In this document: positions 57,576-64,000 of the stretch, piece after piece | How positions within the stretch are numbered: the first letter of the stretch is position 1 | How the letters are laid out: every line of letters starts with the position of its first letter | Notes under the pieces: generated by a model | What the model was told of the DNA's origin: nothing | Database searches by the model: none | What the model saw: the letters and a program-made list of their open reading frames with translations, nothing else | Made by a program: the position numbers and the translations under genes | NCBI GenBank assembly: GCA_017612805.1 | Contig: JAGAFD010000008.1 | Span: forward strand, 41,413 to 105,412 | Length of the DNA: 64,000 nt | Direction of reading: 5' to 3' | DNA from: Bacilli bacterium | GTDB taxonomy: Bacteria; Bacillota_I; Bacilli_A; RF39; UBA660

Positions 57576-58773
57576 AGTTGAACTTTTAGCTCCAGCCGGG
57601 GATTTAACAAGATTAAAAATCGCTTTTTTATATGGCGCTGATGCCGTTTATGTTGGTGGTAGAGATTTTTCACTTCGTGCTAATGCTACTAATTTTTCAA
57701 TTGATGAATTAAAAGAGGCTGTTTTATATGCGCATTCATTAAATAAAAAAGTATATGTTACGGTAAATATTGTCTTTCATAATGAAGACTTAGCAGGTTT
57801 AAGAGAATATTTAGAAAAGCTTGCTAATATTAATGTGGATGCTATTATTGTTTCTGATCCATGTGTAATAAAGCTAGTAAATGATTATAAAATTCCTTTA
57901 GAAATTCATTTATCGACGCAAGAATCAACGCTTAATGATTATCATGCATCATTAATGAAAGATTTAGGAGTTACTCGAATTGTTTTAGCTAGAGAAGCAA
58001 ATCGCGATACTATAAAGCAAATTAAAGATACTACTAATCTTGATTTAGAAGCATTTATTCATGGTGCTATGTGTGTTTCTTTTAGTGGTCGTTGTGTTTT
58101 ATCAAATATTTGTACTAATCGTGATTCTAATCGTGGCGGATGTGCACAAATATGTCGTTGGGATTTTAATAATGAAACAAATCCTCAAGACCCTGATTTT
58201 ACCATGACACCCAAAGATTTAAATATGATTCCATATATTAAAGAAATGATTGATGTGGGAATAAATTCTTTTAAAGTAGAAGGAAGAATGCGCTCTAATT
58301 ATTATGTGGCAACGGTTATTAATACATATCGTAAATTAATAGATAAGATTTTAGATAATAGTTTAACCGAATCTGAAAGTCGCTATTACTTAGCAATTTT
58401 AAATCGTTGTGCTAACCGTGAATCAACGCCACAATTCTTTCATGAACTTCCCGGGGTTAATGAACAATACTTTAATGGCCGTGAAGAAATTTCTAATCAA
58501 GATTTCTTAGGAATTGTTATTGGTTATAATCATGAAAAGAAACGAATAATATTAGAAGAAAGAAATTATTTTAAAAAAGGTGATGTGGTTGAGATATTTG
58601 GACCTAACCTTGATGCAACTACATTTGTGATTGATGAGATCTATGATGAAGATGAAAACTTAATCGATGTATGTCGTCATCCCCGTATGATTGTTGAAAT
58701 TCCTTACGAAAAAGAAGTTTTAGAAGATAGTATGATTCGTCTAAAAACAATTGACAAAAAAGACTATTTATAG
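57568..58773 (+). CDS. Peptidase U32-family protein, YrrO-like
   Basis: ELLAPAG, the U32 signature EAFIHGAMCVSFSGRCVLS and a further Cys cluster (GGCAQICRW). Confidence 0.85.
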   Translation: MNKVELLAPAGDLTRLKIAFLYGADAVYVGGRDFSLRANATNFSIDELKEAVLYAHSLNKKVYVTVNIVFHNEDLAGLREYLEKLANINVDAIIVSDPCVIKLVNDYKIPLEIHLSTQESTLNDYHASLMKDLGVTRIVLAREANRDTIKQIKDTTNLDLEAFIHGAMCVSFSGRCVLSNICTNRDSNRGGCAQICRWDFNNETNPQDPDFTMTPKDLNMIPYIKEMIDVGINSFKVEGRMRSNYYVATVINTYRKLIDKILDNSLTESESRYYLAILNRCANRESTPQFFHELPGVNEQYFNGREEISNQDFLGIVIGYNHEKKRIILEERNYFKKGDVVEIFGPNLDATTFVIDEIYDEDENLIDVCRHPRMIVEIPYEKEVLEDSMIRLKTIDKKDYL

Positions 58774-58809
58774 TATCATTTTGTTTGTTATTTTATTGAG
58801 GTGAATTTA

Positions 58810-59274
58810 ATGGAAAACAATATAATTTTAACCCCAGAAGGTTATTTAGAATTAGAACAAGAATTAAATTATTTAAAGAATGAAAAACGTCCTGAAGTTA
58901 TTACGGCTTTAAAAGAAGCACGTGCTCAAGGCGATTTATCTGAAAATGCTGACTACGATGCAGCAAGAGATGAACAAGCAAAGGTTGAAGGACGTATTAA
59001 ACAATTAGAATATCAACTTGAACATTCAACTATTACTGATAATGCTAAGAAAGATAGTGTTGCTATTGGTACTACTGTAACAGTATTATATGTTGAAGAA
59101 GGCGATGAAGAAGTATATCAAATCGTTGGTTCACTTGAAGCTGATCCATTTGAAAATAAGATTTCTAATGAAAGTCCAATTGGTGCTGCTATTATGGGTA
59201 AAAAAGTTGGCGATGTAATTAGTGTTGATAGTCCAAATGGTGCTTACGATATTAAAATTACTAAAATTGCATAA
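58810..59274 (+). CDS. greA: Transcription elongation factor GreA
   Basis: LT.EG...L..EL..L....RPEV...L..AR..GDLSENA.YDAA...Q and a C-terminal ISN.SP.G.A..GKKVGD. Confidence 0.92.
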   Translation: MENNIILTPEGYLELEQELNYLKNEKRPEVITALKEARAQGDLSENADYDAARDEQAKVEGRIKQLEYQLEHSTITDNAKKDSVAIGTTVTVLYVEEGDEEVYQIVGSLEADPFENKISNESPIGAAIMGKKVGDVISVDSPNGAYDIKITKIA

Positions 59275-59288
59275 TTATGCAATTTTTT
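59263..59288 (+). terminator. Intrinsic terminator after greA
   Basis: AATTGCAT-aatt-ATGCAATT followed by TTTT. The stop codon lies in the loop. Confidence 0.55.
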
Positions 59289-59308
59289 ACAAATAGAAGG
59301 AGATAAAT

Positions 59309-60550
59309 ATGAAAAACGTACATACAATTGATGTTGAATTAACTAAAGAAGAATGGAGCGAATGCTTAGATAAAGCGTTCAAAAAACAAAGCAAAGAAGT
59401 TAAAATTGATGGTTTTAGAAAAGGTACCGCTCCTAAAGATATGTTCATTAAAAAATTTGGTATTGAAGTGTTATATAATGACGCAGTTGATGAAGCCATT
59501 AATTTAAAATTTGGTAAAGCAATTGTTGATTCTAAATTAATTCCAATTATTGAACCTAAAATTGATATTAAAAAGATTAGTGATACTAATTTTGCATTTA
59601 CTATTACCGTTATAACTAAACCAGAAGTTAAATTAGGGGAATATAAAAACTTAAAAGTTAAAAAAGAAACTGCTAAAGTTACTAAAGAAGAAATTGATGA
59701 AGAAATCAAAAATTTAAGAAATCAATATGCTGAAATTAAACCTAAAACTGAAGGAAAGATTAAAGCTGGTGATACTGCTGTTATTGACTTTGAAGGTGTT
59801 GTTGATGGTAAAGTTTTAGATGGTGGTACTGGTAAGAATTATCCTTTAGAAATTGGTTCTAACACATTTATTCCTGGCTTTGAAGATGGTCTAGTTGATA
59901 TGTGTGTTAACGAAGAAAAAGAACTTAATTTAAAATTCCCAGAAAACTATACTGAAGAATTAAAAAATAAAGATGTTACATTCAAAGTAAAAGTAGTAGA
60001 TATTAAAGAAAGAGTATTACCTGAAATGAATGAAGATTTCTTCTTAGATTTAGGTATGGAAGATGTTAAATCTGAAGCTGATTTAAAGAAACATATTGAA
60101 GAAGAAATCAAAAAACATAAAGAAGCTCATATTGAAGATGAATATGTTGAAGCTTGTTTAGATAAAGCTTTAAAGAATGCGAAGATTGAAATTAATGAAG
60201 AAATTATTGATGAAGAAGTTCATCGTATGATTCATCAATTTGAAGAACAATTAAAAATGCAAGGTTTAAATATGGAACAATATGCCGCATTTACTGGTAT
60301 GACTCATGAAAAAATGCATGAACAAATGGAACCTGAAGCTAAAAAGCGTGTTGGTTATCGTTTCTTAATTGATAAAGTTGCTGAAACTGAAAAAATTGAA
60401 CCAACTGATAAAGAAGTAAAAGAACATCTTAAAAAATTAGCTTCTGATTACGGAACTACGGAAGAAGAAATCACTAAAATGTATGGTGATTTAGAAGTAG
60501 TTAAATATGATTTAAAAATGTATAAAGCTATTGATGTTATTAAAAGCTAG
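59309..60550 (+). CDS. tig: Trigger factor
   Basis: N-terminal ribosome-binding GFRKGTAPK (GFRxGxxP) and an FKBP domain (DFEGVVDGKVLDGGTGKNYPLEIGSNTFIPGFEDGL). Confidence 0.92.
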   Translation: MKNVHTIDVELTKEEWSECLDKAFKKQSKEVKIDGFRKGTAPKDMFIKKFGIEVLYNDAVDEAINLKFGKAIVDSKLIPIIEPKIDIKKISDTNFAFTITVITKPEVKLGEYKNLKVKKETAKVTKEEIDEEIKNLRNQYAEIKPKTEGKIKAGDTAVIDFEGVVDGKVLDGGTGKNYPLEIGSNTFIPGFEDGLVDMCVNEEKELNLKFPENYTEELKNKDVTFKVKVVDIKERVLPEMNEDFFLDLGMEDVKSEADLKKHIEEEIKKHKEAHIEDEYVEACLDKALKNAKIEINEEIIDEEVHRMIHQFEEQLKMQGLNMEQYAAFTGMTHEKMHEQMEPEAKKRVGYRFLIDKVAETEKIEPTDKEVKEHLKKLASDYGTTEEEITKMYGDLEVVKYDLKMYKAIDVIKS

Positions 60551-60567
60551 ATATCTAGCTTTTTTTA
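60542..60567 (+). terminator. Intrinsic terminator after tig
   Basis: AAAAGCTAG-atat-CTAGCTTTT followed by a T-run. Confidence 0.65.
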
Positions 60568-60589
60568 TTTGCTTATTTATTAGCGATAA

Positions 60590-60598
60590 TGTTATAAT
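60590..60598 (+). promoter_or_regulatory. Extended -10 promoter element (TGTTATAAT)
   Basis: TGtTATAAT, with TTGCTT 18 nt upstream as a weak -35. It lies 28 nt before ATG 60626. Confidence 0.45.
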
Positions 60599-60625
60599 AA
60601 CTGTATGGTATAGGATAGTGATGAT

Positions 60626-63600
60626 ATGAAGAAAAATTATAAAGGATTTACTTTAACAGAGATGCTAGCTGTTATCGTTATATTAGGAGTTATTGCCTTA
60701 ATTGCGATTCCGTCTTCCTTTGCAATATCTGCACGTATCCAAATTCGTATGTATTGTACGAAAATTGAAGGTATTATTAAAAGTGCTGAATTATATGCTG
60801 ATGACCATTTTGATGAGATTAAATTAGGAATGATATCGAGTGTATCGGCTAAAGATTTAGTTGATTATGGTTATCTTAAAAAAGATGAGGGTGCTCCATC
60901 AGGGGTTTATTTAATGGATCCTCGTGATAATTCTAAAAACTTGGATGCTTATACCTTTAAATTAACGATTTCTAATAATCGTGCTAAAGCTAATTTAAAT
61001 CAAGAAAATTATCACTTTTTATGTGGTGAAGATAAATTAAAAGATAATAAAGATCCTTCATGTTTATATAAAGGTGAATCAACTACTTGGACCAAAAACA
61101 ATCGTACGATAACGATTTCTTGTTATGATGTTGGGGCAGGATGTAAGAGTGCGGATGTTACTAAAACTTTTAGTACTACTACTAAAACATCTAGTTATAG
61201 TGCAACGGTTAGAGACTGGGTAGGTAATACTTTTAGTTGTTCAAAAACATTAAATGTTTATGTAGATAAAACGGCACCAACTTACCAAATCACTGGTGAG
61301 GCAAGTTCGGCTACCAATTGGTCAAATAAAAGAACTATTATTGTTAAATGTGTTGATAATGATTCAGGATGTGTTACAGAAGATCAATATTTCTATTATG
61401 GTTTAAATGCATCTGATAGTTCTAAACGTAATGTTAATACCGAAGATATTACTTTTACGGTTAAAGATAAAGCCGGTAACTCTAAGAGTTATACCGTTAA
61501 TGTTAAAGTTTATACGGATGTTGATAATCCAACTTGTAGTTATAGTGGTGAATCAACTACATGGACCAATGAAAATCGTTCTGTTCAAATAACTTGTAAT
61601 GATTCTCGCAGTGGCTGTAAAACTGCTTCAAGATCAATTACTATTAATACTTCTCAAGCTACTGAATTATTAAATTTTGTTGCTCAAGATAATGCTGGTA
61701 ATCAAACTGATTGTACTAAAACCTTAAATATTTATGTAGATAAAACAGCCCCTCAAATGGGAACTGTTACCCGTTCTGCAGATACAACTACTATTCCAGT
61801 TACGGATAATGCGGCATTAAAGAAATATGAAATATATGATTCTTCTGATGTTAAAGTAGCATCGGGAAATTTAAGTGGTACAAGTGCAAATATTTCTTTT
61901 GTTCAAAGAACGTCAGGTACTTATAAATTAAAAGTTTATGACGTAGCAACCAATGTATTAACGAAAAACTTCACTGTACCACAACTTAAAGTAACTTTCA
62001 AAGTAAATAATGCTAGTTATGGTAGTGTTACTAATGGTTCTAAGAATGCTGATTATGGTTCTGATGCATCAACAACTTTTACAGCAGCAACTGGTTATCA
62101 TTATGCTAGTGTTTCAGGAACGGGTTGTTCAGTATCAGGAACCACCGTTACAGCAACTAATGTTACGAATAATGTAACTTGTACTGTTACTTTTGCGATT
62201 AATACTTATACGGTTTCATTTAAATCAAATAATACCGGAATGGGTACCGTTACGGATGCTTCAAAAACAGTTAATCATGGTTCTAGTGGTGAAACAACCT
62301 TTACTGCTAAGTCTGGTTATAAATATTCAAGTGTTTCAGGAACGGGTTGTACAGTATCAGGAACTACGGTTACTGCTTCAAATGTAACTGGTAATGTAAC
62401 TTGTACGGTTACCTTTACCACAATTCCTTATACAATTACTTATAATTTAAATGGTGGTTCGGTAGCAACAGCTAACCCAACTTCTTATAATGTTGGTACG
62501 GCCGCATTTACCTTAAATAATCCAACAAAGACTGGTCATACTTTTGCGGGATGGTCTGGAACGGGATTAACTGGAACTACCAATACTTCGGTAACTGTTG
62601 CTAAAGGTTCAACCGGTAACCGAACTTATACCGCAAACTGGACCGTTAACAATTATAAATTAGATTTAAACGGTTTACTTGATGGTACTGCTGGTGGTAA
62701 TATTTCTGGTTATGGTACGGCGGACGTTTATATTAATGGTACTTTAAAATCAAATGATGCTGCCGATTACTGTACGGAATGGCCTTATGGTACAACTTAT
62801 GAAATTAAGGATATCAAAGCTACCGTTGGTCATAAATATGAAGGAGTTTCTGCTGGTGCTACTAGTGGTACAATTGGTGCTGGAAATGTTTCCGTTCAAT
62901 TAAAATTTTCAACAAAGAGTATTACATGTACTGCTGGAAGTTATTTACCGGCTAATAAAGATGCTTGTGCAACTTGCGAAGCTGGTTATTATTGTCCTGG
63001 TGGAACATGGACATATAATGGTAACTTAAGAGGACGTGGCCAATGTCCAGCTGGTTCTTATGCTGCTGCTGGTAAGAGTGCATGTACGGCTTGTCAAGGT
63101 AATACTTCTACTGCAGGAGCAAGTTCATGTGGTACATCATGTGGTAAATCTAACGTAGCTTCATGGAATACTGCTTCTTGGAGTTCATCAAATAATACTG
63201 TTTCAAATGTATGTAGTATTAAAACATGTAAGAGTGGATTTACTTTACAAAGCAATACTTGTGTTGATAAAACGGCACCAACCGTTCCATCAACTTTCCA
63301 ATTATATAATCCAGTTATTAAAAATGGTTCTGCTTCATTTAGTTTAAAAGCTGCCGGATCAACAGATGCAACTACCATAACATATCAAGTTTATATTAAT
63401 GGTAGTTGGAAAAATATGTCTGGTGGTATATATAATGGTACTTTAAGTAAAGGTCAAGATTACTGGATGTATGCACGTGCTTGTGATACTTCAAGTAACT
63501 GTTCTGGTAATTCAATCGGTATTCATATGGCTCCTAAAACCTTATATATCTGGCAATTATATCAATACATGCGTTCTATTGATGGTTCAACGATTATTGG

Positions 63601-63898
63601 TCAACCAAGTGATAATGAAATTGCTGTTAATATGGGTAATGCTAAGATGGCTCAAAATGCGAAGAATATGTATATGTCTACCGAAGCTAAGACCTATTGG
63701 AATAATTTAGGTGCGACCCAAACCGTTAGAAACTTATATCGTGGTATCTTAGGTCGTGATGCTGATTCTGGTGGATTAACTAACAATACATCTTACTATA
63801 ATACCAATGGTTTAGAAAGAACTTTATTAATCTTTGTTAACTCAGATGAAGCTCAAGCAATCTATAATTATTGGGGTATGGGAACTGGTAAACTTTAA
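60626..63898 (+). CDS. 1090-aa multidomain protein with a type IV pilin N-terminus: Ig/OmpL47-like modules, InlB B-repeat modules, a Cys-rich module and a DUF4214-like tail
   Basis: MKKNYKG|FTLTEMLAVIVILGVIALIAIP is the classic GFxxxE pilin helix. Three ...GESTTWT..NR...I.C.D..SGC...YVDKTAP modules follow. Two modules end NVT.NVTCTVTF. One Listeria-Bacteroides-type repeat (YTITYNLNGG...TGHTFAGWSG...YTANW). CxxGxY...CxxC Cys-rich repeats. The C-terminus has LYRGILGRDADSGGL. Confidence 0.75.
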   Translation: MKKNYKGFTLTEMLAVIVILGVIALIAIPSSFAISARIQIRMYCTKIEGIIKSAELYADDHFDEIKLGMISSVSAKDLVDYGYLKKDEGAPSGVYLMDPRDNSKNLDAYTFKLTISNNRAKANLNQENYHFLCGEDKLKDNKDPSCLYKGESTTWTKNNRTITISCYDVGAGCKSADVTKTFSTTTKTSSYSATVRDWVGNTFSCSKTLNVYVDKTAPTYQITGEASSATNWSNKRTIIVKCVDNDSGCVTEDQYFYYGLNASDSSKRNVNTEDITFTVKDKAGNSKSYTVNVKVYTDVDNPTCSYSGESTTWTNENRSVQITCNDSRSGCKTASRSITINTSQATELLNFVAQDNAGNQTDCTKTLNIYVDKTAPQMGTVTRSADTTTIPVTDNAALKKYEIYDSSDVKVASGNLSGTSANISFVQRTSGTYKLKVYDVATNVLTKNFTVPQLKVTFKVNNASYGSVTNGSKNADYGSDASTTFTAATGYHYASVSGTGCSVSGTTVTATNVTNNVTCTVTFAINTYTVSFKSNNTGMGTVTDASKTVNHGSSGETTFTAKSGYKYSSVSGTGCTVSGTTVTASNVTGNVTCTVTFTTIPYTITYNLNGGSVATANPTSYNVGTAAFTLNNPTKTGHTFAGWSGTGLTGTTNTSVTVAKGSTGNRTYTANWTVNNYKLDLNGLLDGTAGGNISGYGTADVYINGTLKSNDAADYCTEWPYGTTYEIKDIKATVGHKYEGVSAGATSGTIGAGNVSVQLKFSTKSITCTAGSYLPANKDACATCEAGYYCPGGTWTYNGNLRGRGQCPAGSYAAAGKSACTACQGNTSTAGASSCGTSCGKSNVASWNTASWSSSNNTVSNVCSIKTCKSGFTLQSNTCVDKTAPTVPSTFQLYNPVIKNGSASFSLKAAGSTDATTITYQVYINGSWKNMSGGIYNGTLSKGQDYWMYARACDTSSNCSGNSIGIHMAPKTLYIWQLYQYMRSIDGSTIIGQPSDNEIAVNMGNAKMAQNAKNMYMSTEAKTYWNNLGATQTVRNLYRGILGRDADSGGLTNNTSYYNTNGLERTLLIFVNSDEAQAIYNYWGMGTGKL
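61985..62422 (+). repeat. Two tandem 72-74-codon modules with DNA-level similarity inside the giant pilin-like gene
   Basis: agtgtttcaggaacgggttgt.cagtatcaggaac...aatgtaacttgtac.gtta.cttt occurs twice, about 221 nt apart (near 62108 and 62329). Confidence 0.7.
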
Positions 63899-63904
63899 TA
63901 GATA

Positions 63905-63934
63905 AGAAAAGATAGTAATATCTTTTCTTTTTTT
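63905..63934 (+). terminator. Intrinsic terminator after the giant pilin-like gene
   Basis: AGAAAAGATA-gtaa-TATCTTTTCT followed by T6. Confidence 0.7.
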
Positions 63935-64000
63935 GTGTAAAATTATGTCAAAATTGTAGACAATAATTAAATTTTCTTTATAATAACTAATTAGTTGGTG

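Noticed and set aside
59287-59709. 140-aa ORF antisense to the start of tig.
   Set aside because: It lies entirely within the well-supported trigger factor gene. Its low-complexity Ser/Leu/Ile composition is typical of the shadow frame of a K/E-rich gene, and it has no RBS.
1-64000. Possibility of Mollicutes-type genetic code 4 (UGA = Trp), given the extreme AT content.
   Set aside because: TGA cleanly terminates murG (43231-43233), mtaB (48009-48011) and ireB (54300-54302) at the expected protein ends, and conserved Trp positions (for example WCGPC) use TGG.
1-64000. Search for CRISPR arrays, tRNA/rRNA genes, IS elements, integrases and prophage modules.
   Set aside because: I found no regularly spaced direct repeats, no cloverleaf-like or rRNA-like GC-rich islands in intergenic gaps, and no transposase, integrase or phage structural motifs in any long ORF.

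Overview
Very AT-rich chromosomal segment that uses the standard genetic code: TGA terminates murG, mtaB and ireB, and Trp is TGG. It comes from a low-GC, peptidoglycan-containing Bacillota-type organism. Gene order tracks Bacillus subtilis closely: comEC...holA, rnhC/cvpA-trxA, polA-mutM, lepA-hemW, murT-gatD, rpsB-tsf...frr, ylbJ/ylbL, a reduced dcw cluster (pbp-mraY-ftsW...murG-murB-divIB), mtaB-recD2, and alaS-ireB-ruvX-DUF1292-mltG-yrrMNO-greA-tig. I call about 60 CDS, almost all on the + strand, mostly separated by clear hairpin/T-run terminators and TGnTATAAT-type promoters. I saw no rRNA, tRNA, CRISPR array, transposase or integrase. Two cis-regulatory RNAs are recognisable by eye. One is a class I c-di-GMP riboswitch plus terminator in front of an Ig-repeat surface protein. 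The other is an Ala-type T-box in front of a P-loop kinase-like gene and alaS. The window is mostly housekeeping, and I found no compact multi-gene cassette that reads as a defence or secretion machine. The main leads are listed here. (1) Three dispersed genes carry type IV prepilin leaders (G|FxxxE) fused to very large or exotic passenger domains, with no pilus assembly genes nearby. (2) The c-di-GMP-controlled adhesin. (3) GatD lacks both catalytic residues. (4) A roughly 4.9 kb insertion between comEC and holA carries a YhcG nuclease, a mini kinase-like protein, a minimal Cfr/RlmN-like radical SAM enzyme and a transporter. (5) AlaRS lacks the C-Ala domain and is translationally coupled to a dNMP-kinase-like protein. 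All family assignments rest on motif recognition by eye and need HMM or structure confirmation.
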